Under the pieces are notes generated by a model. The model made no database searches. It was not told the origin of the DNA and saw nothing but the letters and a program-made list of their open reading frames with translations. From Acutalibacteraceae bacterium (lineage in GTDB: Bacteria; Bacillota; Clostridia; Oscillospirales; Acutalibacteraceae): a stretch of 64,000 bases of DNA. The position numbers and the translations under genes are program-made. The stretch spans positions 6,374 through 70,373 of the forward strand of contig JAZROM010000078.1 in NCBI GenBank assembly GCA_045648745.1, read 5' to 3'. How positions within the stretch are numbered: the stretch's first letter is position 1; each line of letters begins with the position of its first letter. Positions 43,395 to 51,423 of this stretch are shown piece after piece.

Positions 43395-44165
43395 ATGAAA
43401 AAAGTTTTATCACTTGTACTGTCAGCTATTATGATTCTTAGTTGTATGAGTGTAAGTGCTTTTGCTGAGACAGATTCCGTGACAGTTTATGTAACTGTTG
43501 CAAACAAAGGGGAGTTGGTTGCAGCTCAGGTTGAAGTAAATGTTACTGACATTGATAATGACGGTGCTTTCACAGTAAACGATGCGCTGTATGCATTGCA
43601 CGAGTCAGTTTATGACGGCGGAGCAGAGGAAGGCTACAGCTACTACATACATAAGGATTACGGTCTTTCACTCGGAAAGCTTTGGGGTGATACGAGCGGA
43701 AACTTCGGATATTATGTAAACAATGCGTCCTGCTGGGGTCTTGCTGATGTTGTTGAAGACGGCGACTACCTGAATGCGTTTGTTTACACTGATACAAAAT
43801 TTTATTCAGACACATATTGTTTTTTCAGCGAATACAAGGTTACAGCAGACAAGGGTACAGAAATTGAGCTTACACTCAGCGGTGCAGGTTATGATGAAAA
43901 CTGGAATCCGATAACTGTACCTGTTGCAGGGGCTGAAATCACTGTTGACGGAGTAAGTACAGGTGTTATTACAGACGAAAACGGAAGGGCAACAATAACA
44001 ATTGACAAATCAGGGGATTACATTATCAGTGCAGTTTCATCTTCAAAGATAATTGTACCTCCTGTATGTACTGCTGATGTCAACGGCTTTTTTGAAACTG
44101 TTTTCAATGCAATTGTCAGCTTCTTTGAGAATGTTATTAATTTCTTTGTTTCGCTTTTTGCATAA
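43395..44165 (+). CDS. Secreted protein with a DUF4430-like (transcobalamin beta-domain-like) region, an Ig/CarboxypepD_reg-like domain and a Phe-rich C-terminal helix; putative surface B12 binder
   Basis: The start is at the ATG at 43395 (RBS aaaggag). The signal peptide is 'MKKVLSLVLSAIMILSCMSVSAFA'. Motifs are 'FTVNDALYALHES...GYYVNN' and 'VAGAEITVDGVSTGVITDENGRATITI'. The C-terminus is 'FFETVFNAIVSFFENVINFFVSLFA'. It lies directly downstream of a B12 riboswitch. Confidence 0.7.
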   Translation: MKKVLSLVLSAIMILSCMSVSAFAETDSVTVYVTVANKGELVAAQVEVNVTDIDNDGAFTVNDALYALHESVYDGGAEEGYSYYIHKDYGLSLGKLWGDTSGNFGYYVNNASCWGLADVVEDGDYLNAFVYTDTKFYSDTYCFFSEYKVTADKGTEIELTLSGAGYDENWNPITVPVAGAEITVDGVSTGVITDENGRATITIDKSGDYIISAVSSSKIIVPPVCTADVNGFFETVFNAIVSFFENVINFFVSLFA

Positions 44166-44171
44166 AATCAG

Positions 44172-45878
44172 ATGAAAAAAGTTTCGAGATTTTTAATTTT
44201 GGCATTTGTTTTAATTTTTGCAGTGGTGGGGTGTATTCCTGCCACTGCAGGCAACGCAACATCTAAGACGATAATCGAAAATGTTATTGATTTTAATCTT
44301 AAAGTATCCGGTTCTATAAATGTTCAGAATTGGATTGACGGTTATCTGTCCGAAAATGCATCTGCCGGTACAGAATGGTACATTATTGCCTTGAGCAAAT
44401 ACGGAAAATATGATTTTACATCATATAAAAAGGCTCTCAACGAGTATCTGTCTGAAAACGAAATCGGGTCTGCTTCATCGCGGTTGAAGTTTGCACTTGC
44501 TTTGGTTGCAACAGGTGAAAAAAACTCTGAGTTTATCACAGATTTTCTTGAAAACTCCGTTGGCGAACAGGGTATAATGAGTCTTATTTTCGGACTGCAT
44601 ATACTTAATAACAATTACTCCTGCAAAAAATATTCATTAAAGTCTTTGACTGATGAATTGATTTCTTTGCAATCAGCTGACGGAGGTTGGTCCCTGACGG
44701 GAACAAACAGCGATGTGGATATTACGGCAATGACTGTTCAGGCACTTGCACCGCAATATAATACCAATTCAGCCGTCAGAAAAACTATAGATGAAGCAGT
44801 TGTTTTTTTGTCTTTGCGCCAAAACGAAAACGGAACATATTCGAGTTACGGAGTGAGTAATCCCGAAAGCATTTCTCAGGTTATAATCGCACTTTCGGCA
44901 CTTGGGATTGATTCGGAAAAAGATGAAAGATTTATTAAAAATTCAAAGAATCTTTTTGATGCTCTTGAATCTTTTCGTTCAGCGGATGGAGGATATTTTC
45001 ATCAATACGGAAAAGGGACGGATCCAACTGCTACTGTTCAGGTGTTTTGTGCGGCTGTTGCATATAAAAATATGAAAGACGGAGAATCTCCGTTTTATAT
45101 TTTCGGTCAGAAAGAAAATGCAACATCCTCAGGTCAAAAAGAGGAAGCAGTAACAACAACTACTGCAAAGAAAACGGAGAATATCGAAAAAATTGTAACG
45201 CAGGAAACCGAACAGACATCTTCACTGACAGAGAAAGAAGAAATCATATCTGTATCAACACAAACTGTTACTTCGTTTGAAGAAAATGAAGATAACAACA
45301 AGTCATACACTTCATATAAAATATGGATAATTTCGGCAACTATTCTGTTTACGGTTTGCCTTTGTGCAGTTCTGTTAATGACAAAGCGGATAAACCGACG
45401 TAGTTTCGTTGTAATAATGCTTGCCGCCATTTGTGCAATACTGGTTGTGATTTTTTCAAACATAAAATCTGACAAAAACAAAGATCTTTCTGCAGACGGT
45501 AATTCGGCAATGGGAACAGTCACAATCAGCATCAGGTGTGATACAATAAAAGATGCAAAAAATGATCTCATTCCCGAAAACGGTGTTATTCTTGGAGAAA
45601 CGGAGATTCAGATTGATGCTGATGATACGGTTTACGATGTGCTTTTAAAAGCCTGTAAAGAGAATGGCATCCACTTTGAAACCACAGGTGTAACGGAAAC
45701 TTTGTATATAGAAGGAATCGGCAATATCTACGAAAAGGATTACGGAGATTTATCCGGATGGATGTATTTTGTCAATGGTAAATCTCCGTCAGTAGGCTGC
45801 GGAAAATATAAACTGTCAGATAAGGATGAAATAGTATGGTGCTACACCTGCGAAATGGGAGCAGATCTGAACTATTGA
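44172..45878 (+). CDS. Lipoprotein-like surface protein: alpha/alpha-toroid (prenyltransferase/squalene-oxidase-type repeats), two TM helices, C-terminal DUF4430 domain; overall transcobalamin/intrinsic-factor-like
   Basis: A possible lipobox is 'FAVVGC'. The repeat motifs are 'QSADGGWS', 'NENGTYSSYG' and 'RSADGGYF'. The TM segments are 'IWIISATILFTVCLCAVLLM' and 'FVVIMLAAICAILVVIF'. The DUF4430-like region is 'VYDVLLKACKENGIHFE...LSGWMYFVNGKSPSVG'. Confidence 0.7.
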   Translation: MKKVSRFLILAFVLIFAVVGCIPATAGNATSKTIIENVIDFNLKVSGSINVQNWIDGYLSENASAGTEWYIIALSKYGKYDFTSYKKALNEYLSENEIGSASSRLKFALALVATGEKNSEFITDFLENSVGEQGIMSLIFGLHILNNNYSCKKYSLKSLTDELISLQSADGGWSLTGTNSDVDITAMTVQALAPQYNTNSAVRKTIDEAVVFLSLRQNENGTYSSYGVSNPESISQVIIALSALGIDSEKDERFIKNSKNLFDALESFRSADGGYFHQYGKGTDPTATVQVFCAAVAYKNMKDGESPFYIFGQKENATSSGQKEEAVTTTTAKKTENIEKIVTQETEQTSSLTEKEEIISVSTQTVTSFEENEDNNKSYTSYKIWIISATILFTVCLCAVLLMTKRINRRSFVVIMLAAICAILVVIFSNIKSDKNKDLSADGNSAMGTVTISIRCDTIKDAKNDLIPENGVILGETEIQIDADDTVYDVLLKACKENGIHFETTGVTETLYIEGIGNIYEKDYGDLSGWMYFVNGKSPSVGCGKYKLSDKDEIVWCYTCEMGADLNY

Positions 45879-45914
45879 CAGTTTCAGAAAATTTATTATA
45901 ATAAAAATACTTAA

Positions 45915-46170
45915 TACGGTTCTGCGATGTCAGATTAAAAGGGAAATCAGGTCAGATTCCTGAGCAACCGCCATTACTGTGTTTATGCGTATGCATATCA
46001 GTCAGAACACCTGCCGTATATTCAGGGTTTTACACAACTTTGGTGAGAAGAGTGCAACCGATTTATTGCAGTATGGTAATTTGTGGTTTATTAAACCTTG
46101 TTTTTGCCGTGCTTAGTTTGATCTGTTGTACTCTTTTGACCTTTTGGGGTTAAAAGGGTATTTTTATTTA
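45915..46170 (+). promoter_or_regulatory. Cobalamin (B12) riboswitch number 2 (near-duplicate of number 1) with a terminator hairpin
   Basis: The sequence shows 'aaaagggaaatcaggtcagattcctgagcaaccgccattactgt' and the B12 box 'agtcagaacacctgcc'. It shares the downstream 'acaactttggtgagaagagtgcaaccgattta' with number 1. The hairpin cttttgacc-ttttgg-ggttaaaag is followed by ggtattttta (46131-46170). Confidence 0.85.
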
Positions 46171-46187
46171 CAAAGGAGGTTTGACAA

Positions 46188-46415
46188 GTGATATCAGAAG
46201 ACAAAAAGTTATGGGCACAGGAAATTCTGCGGCAAAAAGCCGAGGAGCTCGGAAGACTTCCTAAAAAGGATGATTTTGACGAACTCACACGTTCACGAAT
46301 CAAGGCCTTCCTCGGTCCTTGGCCGAGAGCATTGGAAGCGGCAGGACTAAAGGAAGCAAAACCTGTTCCTGAAAAATCTAAAAAGCCTAAAAAACGTTTA
46401 AAAAAACAGTTCTGA
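46188..46415 (+). CDS. Small basic protein resembling a single 'homing-endonuclease-associated (HNH) repeat' unit
   Basis: It has a GTG start with the RBS aaaggagg. The motif is 'AEELGRLPKKDDF...IKAFLGPWPRALEAAGL', and the tail is Lys-rich. It is the first ORF after riboswitch number 2. Confidence 0.5.
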   Translation: MISEDKKLWAQEILRQKAEELGRLPKKDDFDELTRSRIKAFLGPWPRALEAAGLKEAKPVPEKSKKPKKRLKKQF

Positions 46416-46428
46416 TTGGATTAAAAAT

Positions 46429-47319
46429 ATGAAAGATTCTTTTGCAGACTATCATCCGTTTGTAAACTTAATATTTTTCGCGTTTGCGATAGGCTTTTCT
46501 CTTGTGCTGACACATCCGTTGGCGCAGGGGCTTTCACTCGTTTGTGCGATTGCTTATGCAGTAAGTGTCAACGGTAAAAAAAGCGTAATTTTTCTTTTGA
46601 AATACTGCTTGCCGATGGTGCTTTTAACTGCATTTATTAACCCTGTATTCAACCACGAGGGTGTGACAACTCTGCTGTATTTTCCGAACGGAAATCCGCT
46701 TACACTTGAAAGCATTTTATACGGACTTTCTGCAGGTGCGATGATTGTAACAACTCTTATGTGGTTTTCGTCATTTAACCGAGTAATGACAACGGACAAG
46801 TTCATTTATCTTTTCGGCAAAGTCATTCCTGCTTTATCACTTGTTCTGAGTATGTCATTGAGATTTGTTCCCAAATTCAAATCCCAGATGCAGACAGTAA
46901 CAGACGCACAGAGAAGTATCGGCAGGGATGTGAGCTCAGGAAGTCTTTTGGAGAGAACAAAAACGGCAGTTCATATCTTTTCAATTATGATAACCTGGTC
47001 ACTTGAAAATGCGATTGAAACGGCTGACAGCATGAAAAGCCGTGGCTACGGACTTAAAGGCAGAACAGCTTTTTCAATTTACCGATTTGATAAAAGAGAT
47101 AAGGGTATTCTTATATGGCTTTGTGTCTGCGGAGTTGTAATTGTTGTCGGAGCAATTTTAAATGCATTCAGCTTCAGATTTTTCCCCGACATCCGTTATT
47201 CCGCATTTGATATAACAACGATACCTTTCTATTGCATATATTTCGCACTTTGCATCACACCTGTGATATTAAACTATAAGGAGGAGAGAAAATGGAAAAC
47301 TTCAGTTTCAGAAATGTAA
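46429..47319 (+). CDS. ECF transporter transmembrane (T) component, CbiQ/EcfT family
   Basis: The protein is polytopic, with 'ALSLVLSMSLRFVP' and 'ETADSMKSRGY', which resemble the conserved Ala-Arg-Gly coupling-helix region. It overlaps the ATPase gene. Confidence 0.75.
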   Translation: MKDSFADYHPFVNLIFFAFAIGFSLVLTHPLAQGLSLVCAIAYAVSVNGKKSVIFLLKYCLPMVLLTAFINPVFNHEGVTTLLYFPNGNPLTLESILYGLSAGAMIVTTLMWFSSFNRVMTTDKFIYLFGKVIPALSLVLSMSLRFVPKFKSQMQTVTDAQRSIGRDVSSGSLLERTKTAVHIFSIMITWSLENAIETADSMKSRGYGLKGRTAFSIYRFDKRDKGILIWLCVCGVVIVVGAILNAFSFRFFPDIRYSAFDITTIPFYCIYFALCITPVILNYKEERKWKTSVSEM

Positions 47320-49934
47320 GCTTCACATATCCCGAGCAGGAAAACAAAGTACTCCGTAATATCTCCTTTGATGTTTCGCAGGGTGAGTTCCTTATTCTTT
47401 GCGGTCCGTCGGGTTGCGGTAAATCAACACTTCTCCGCCACCTTAAGGCGTGTCTTTCTCCTCACGGTATGCTTGATGGTGAAATCCGTTTTGACGGAAA
47501 ACCGCTTAAAGAAGTTGACGAAAGAACACAGTCTCAGGAAATCGGATTTGTTCTGCAGTCTCCCGAAAATCAGGTTGTAACGGACAAGGTGTGGCACGAG
47601 CTTGCCTTCGGTCTTGAAAGTCTCGGCTATGATACTCCTACCATCCGACGACGTGTTGCAGAGGTTGCGGCTTTCTTCGGTATAGAAAATTGGTTTTATA
47701 AAAATGTAACAGAGCTTTCAGGCGGTCAGAAACAACTTCTGACTCTTGCTTCAGTTATGTGTATGAATCCGAAGATACTTGTTCTTGATGAGCCGACAGC
47801 ACAGCTTGACCCTATTGCCGCTTCGGATTTTCTTGCTCTTCTCGGTAAAATCAACCGCGAACTCGGGATAACGGTTATTCTTACTGAACACCGACTCGAG
47901 GAAGCGTTTCCGTTTGCTACGAGAGTCATTGTAATGGAAAAAGGCGAAATCGTCTGTGACGATGCCCCTGAAAAAGTGGGACTGCATCTTCGTGACAAGG
48001 ACAGCGGAATGTTCCTTGCAATGCCAACGGCTATGAGGGCCTGGGCAGGAGTTGAAACGAAGCTTCCTTGCCCCGTTACTGTTCGTGACGGCAGTGATTT
48101 CCTGACCGAACGGAATAAAGAAAAAGCAATTCTTCCTCTTGAAAAGGAAAAACTGCATACTTATACAGATGAAATAACTCTTAATTGTGATGAAATTTGG
48201 TTCCGCTATGAAAAAGATCTGCCCGATGTTGTCAAAAGATTCTCGCTCACCTTACATAAAGGCGAATTTTATGCAATTCTCGGCGGTAACGGTGCAGGTA
48301 AAACAACATCACTCAAAGTAATTTCAGGGCTTCGCAAAGCTTACCGAGGCACAGTGACCGTAAACGGAAAAGTCGCAATGTTACCGCAGAATCCCCAGAC
48401 ACTTTTTGTAAAAAGAACTGTGCGTGAAGATTTATATGAAGCACTCAGTAATGCAAAAATCACGAAAGAAGAAAAAGATGAACAGGTTGCCCGTGTGGTT
48501 GCTCTTTGCTCTCTTACCGATTTTCTTGACCGTCACCCTTATGATATTTCAGGCGGTGAACAGCAAAGAACTGCACTTGCAAAAGTTCTGCTCACTGCAC
48601 CCGATATTCTTCTTCTGGACGAGCCGACAAAAGGCTTTGATGCAGAATTCAAAGTAAACTTTGCGGATATCATCGACAAGCTGACTAAGCAGGGCGTAAC
48701 CGTGCTTATGGTCAGCCATGATGTAACATTCTGTGCCGAATATGCTCACAGATGCGGAATGTTTTTTGACGGAAACATCGTAGCAGAAGGCACTCCCCGT
48801 GAATTTTTCTCGGGTAACAGTTTCTACACTACATCGGCAAACCGTATGGCAAGACATATTCTTCCCGAGGCGGTAACGGTTGACGAAATCATTGCCTGCT
48901 GTGGTGGGGAGATTAAGAAAACAGGGAGTTCAGATGAAGTTTTTCCTTTACCTGAACCTGCTGCGCGAAGTGTGAATTTCAAACCCGAACCTCTAAAATT
49001 GTGGCGAAAAATTCTTGCTACTGTTTCAGCTCTTGTTTCGTTAGGAGTATTTTTATATGCTACGGGAACAACCGACTTATCAGCACTTATTAATTTTTCA
49101 GGTATCAGTGCGGAAGGTGAAAATCAACTGTGGATTTACGGTATTCTGTTTGTTGCGCTGATGGTGTTTATGCTCGCAATCGGACGAAGAAGCGAGCCGC
49201 CGCTTACAGTACAGACACCAAAAGAAAAACGAAACTTAAGTAAACGAACGATCGTTGCTTCTGTTGCGATTCTGCTTTTTATTCCGTTGACTATATTTGC
49301 AGGTATTTTCTGTCTGGAAAACCGTCAGTATAATATTGTTGCACTGCTTGTACTTTTAGAATGTATGTTGCCATTCATTCTTGTGTTTGAAGGCAGAAAG
49401 CCGAAAGCAAGAGAGCTTGTAACAATAGCGGTGCTTTGTGCAATAGGAATAGCGGGAAGAAGTCTGTTTTTTATGCTGCCGCAGTTTAAACCCGTACTTG
49501 CACTTGCGATTATCGCGGGAGTAGCCTTCGGTGGTGAAACGGGATTTCTGGTCGGATCAGTTACAATGCTTCTTTCAAATATGCTTTTCTCGCAAGGGCC
49601 GTGGACACCGTGGCAGATGTTTGCTGCCGGAATTATCGGTTTTCTTGCAGGTATTCTTTTCAGAAAAGGATGGCTTCGCAGAACACGGGTTTCACTTGCC
49701 GTGTTCGGTGCGCTTGCCACTGTTGTGATTTACGGCGGTATTATGAACCCTGCATCAATGTTTATGTACTCACCTCAAAGTATATCTTTAAAAACATTGA
49801 TGGCTTATTACATTACGGGACTTCCAATGGATCTGGTGCACGGATTCTCAACTGTAATATTCATTATGCTCGCTGCCGAGCCCATGCTCGAAAAAATGGA
49901 CCGTATCAAAGTCAAATACGGTCTGGTTGAGTAA
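47292..49934 (+). CDS. Fused ECF module: two ABC ATPase domains (EcfA-EcfA') plus a C-terminal ECF S-component-like membrane domain
   Basis: The RBS aaggagga is present. Walker A motifs are 'GPSGCGKST' and 'GGNGAGKTT'. Signature motifs are 'LSGGQKQ' and 'ISGGEQQ'. Walker B motifs are 'LVLDEPT' and 'LLLDEPT'. The C-terminal approx 290 aa is polytopic, with 'AGVAFGGETGFLVGSVTMLLSNMLFSQGPWTPWQMFA'. Confidence 0.8.
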   Translation: MENFSFRNVSFTYPEQENKVLRNISFDVSQGEFLILCGPSGCGKSTLLRHLKACLSPHGMLDGEIRFDGKPLKEVDERTQSQEIGFVLQSPENQVVTDKVWHELAFGLESLGYDTPTIRRRVAEVAAFFGIENWFYKNVTELSGGQKQLLTLASVMCMNPKILVLDEPTAQLDPIAASDFLALLGKINRELGITVILTEHRLEEAFPFATRVIVMEKGEIVCDDAPEKVGLHLRDKDSGMFLAMPTAMRAWAGVETKLPCPVTVRDGSDFLTERNKEKAILPLEKEKLHTYTDEITLNCDEIWFRYEKDLPDVVKRFSLTLHKGEFYAILGGNGAGKTTSLKVISGLRKAYRGTVTVNGKVAMLPQNPQTLFVKRTVREDLYEALSNAKITKEEKDEQVARVVALCSLTDFLDRHPYDISGGEQQRTALAKVLLTAPDILLLDEPTKGFDAEFKVNFADIIDKLTKQGVTVLMVSHDVTFCAEYAHRCGMFFDGNIVAEGTPREFFSGNSFYTTSANRMARHILPEAVTVDEIIACCGGEIKKTGSSDEVFPLPEPAARSVNFKPEPLKLWRKILATVSALVSLGVFLYATGTTDLSALINFSGISAEGENQLWIYGILFVALMVFMLAIGRRSEPPLTVQTPKEKRNLSKRTIVASVAILLFIPLTIFAGIFCLENRQYNIVALLVLLECMLPFILVFEGRKPKARELVTIAVLCAIGIAGRSLFFMLPQFKPVLALAIIAGVAFGGETGFLVGSVTMLLSNMLFSQGPWTPWQMFAAGIIGFLAGILFRKGWLRRTRVSLAVFGALATVVIYGGIMNPASMFMYSPQSISLKTLMAYYITGLPMDLVHGFSTVIFIMLAAEPMLEKMDRIKVKYGLVE

Positions 49935-49936
49935 AC

Positions 49937-49970
49937 AAAACTCCGTCAGTTTTTCCTGACGGAGTTTTTG
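49937..49970. terminator. Bidirectional terminator between the convergent ECF and ClC genes
   Basis: The hairpin ctccgtcag-tttttc-ctgacggag is flanked by aaaa and ttttt. Confidence 0.8.
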
Positions 49971-49991
49971 CTTTTGTTTAGTTTTAACCTG

Positions 49992-51224
49992 TCAGCACTT
50001 GAGCTCCATTGCCTTTTGTTTGCGGTAAAGGCTGACTTTGCCCGAGAACACACGCGATGAAAATGCCGCTGCGGCAAAAAGAACGAAGCCCTCTGTACCG
50101 AAAAGCTCAACAGCAAGTACGGCAGACGCAATAGGACAGTTTGTAACTCCGCCGAAAAACACCGTCATACCGATTGCTGCACAGAATCCTATCGGCAGAC
50201 CGAAAACAGATGCCAATGCCGCACCAAGAGTTGCACCGATAAAGAACGAGGGGACAATCTCACCGCCCTTATATCCGCTGGAAACGGTTATAAGGGTGAA
50301 GACTATTTTTAACAAAAATGCTTCGGGACGGACTGTGCCTTCTTCAAAAATTCTTTCTATGACAAAAACGCCGCCGCCGTTGTAATCTGTGCCGAATATC
50401 ATTGTAAGAACAACTACGAAGCATCCGCCGACGAAAATTCTGATAAAAGGATTTTTAAAAAGATGTGCCGAAATCTTTTCACTGCCGTGTAACATATGGC
50501 AGAAAGCGTACGCGGTCAACGATACGATAACTGCTATACCGAAAGTTTTAAAAAGAGAAATCAGACTGAATTCGGGGATTGCTTCAACGTGAAATCGTTC
50601 GGGATGCACACCTATTGCAGTTGAAATGAAATGTGCCGTTATACTTGAAACAAAAGCAGGGAACACAGCAACAGCGTTCATTCTGCCGATTACAGCCACC
50701 TCAAGTGCAAAGACACACGCACCGACAGGTGTTCCGAAAACGGCTGAAAAAAGTGCAGCCATACCGCAGATAGTCATTACGGACTCCATTCTGCGGTCTG
50801 CTTTTACGAGCTTGGAAATCAGTTCAGCGGTACCGCTTCCGAGCTGAAGCGCGGCACCTTCCTTGCCTGCCGAGCCGCCGAAAAGATGAGTTATCACGGA
50901 AGCGACAAAAATAACGGGCACCAGCAGAATCGGAACTTTTTTGTTCCCCTGAGCACACTCGAGGGCTCTGTCCGTGCCGAGTCCCTCTGTTTTTGTCAGT
51001 TTGTACAGACCGACGGAAGCAAGTCCTCCGAGGGGGAGAAGAAAAATGAGCCATTCGTGTTCGCTTCTCAACTTGGTTACGAGACTGATGCTCTGTGCAA
51101 AAGCACCGCCGACTGCACCGCAGAGAAGACCTACTGCAAGAGCGGAGATTATAAGAAGAGCCCATTTAAAAATTTGCTTTTTTCTGTCTGTAGCTTTTTC
51201 TTTGTTTATTTTAGGATAGTTCAT
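49992..51224 (-). CDS. ClC-family voltage-gated chloride channel / anion-proton antiporter
   Basis: Motifs are 'GGSAGKEGAALQLGS' (GxEGP-like), 'GTPVGA' and 'GGEIVPSFFIGATLG'. There are more than 10 TM segments. Confidence 0.85.
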   Translation of the reverse strand: MNYPKINKEKATDRKKQIFKWALLIISALAVGLLCGAVGGAFAQSISLVTKLRSEHEWLIFLLPLGGLASVGLYKLTKTEGLGTDRALECAQGNKKVPILLVPVIFVASVITHLFGGSAGKEGAALQLGSGTAELISKLVKADRRMESVMTICGMAALFSAVFGTPVGACVFALEVAVIGRMNAVAVFPAFVSSITAHFISTAIGVHPERFHVEAIPEFSLISLFKTFGIAVIVSLTAYAFCHMLHGSEKISAHLFKNPFIRIFVGGCFVVVLTMIFGTDYNGGGVFVIERIFEEGTVRPEAFLLKIVFTLITVSSGYKGGEIVPSFFIGATLGAALASVFGLPIGFCAAIGMTVFFGGVTNCPIASAVLAVELFGTEGFVLFAAAAFSSRVFSGKVSLYRKQKAMELKC

Positions 51225-51303
51225 TGTGTCACCTGAATATCTGAAACTGTTTTACTGTCAACAATTGCCGTCTGTGAGCTTGGTTTTGCTGAGTCGAGCG
51301 GTA

Positions 51304-51332
51304 ATTATACCACAGAAAAATAAAAACTACAA
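51304..51332 (-). promoter_or_regulatory. Candidate promoter of the ClC gene (extended -10)
   Basis: On the minus strand: TTGTAG, a 17-nt spacer ending in TGg, then TATAAT. Confidence 0.4.
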
Positions 51333-51364
51333 TATGCATTTCGAAAAACAACAGAAAGGTCGGC

Positions 51365-51393
51365 TTGATGTTTATACTTGCCTGTGCTATACT
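51365..51393 (+). promoter_or_regulatory. Candidate promoter of the WbsX-like / radical SAM transcription unit
   Basis: TTGATG (51365-51370), a 17-nt spacer, then TATACT (51388-51393). Confidence 0.4.
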
Positions 51394-51423
51394 CAAAACA
51401 CAAAGTGAAACGGAGGTATGTTT

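Noticed and set aside
51225-51417. Fluoride (crcB-motif) riboswitch upstream of the ClC gene
   Set aside because: ClC-F genes are often fluoride-riboswitch controlled. However, the approx 80-nt leader after the candidate promoter contains none of the conserved crcB-motif segments, as far as I can see. I therefore make no claim of fluoride specificity.
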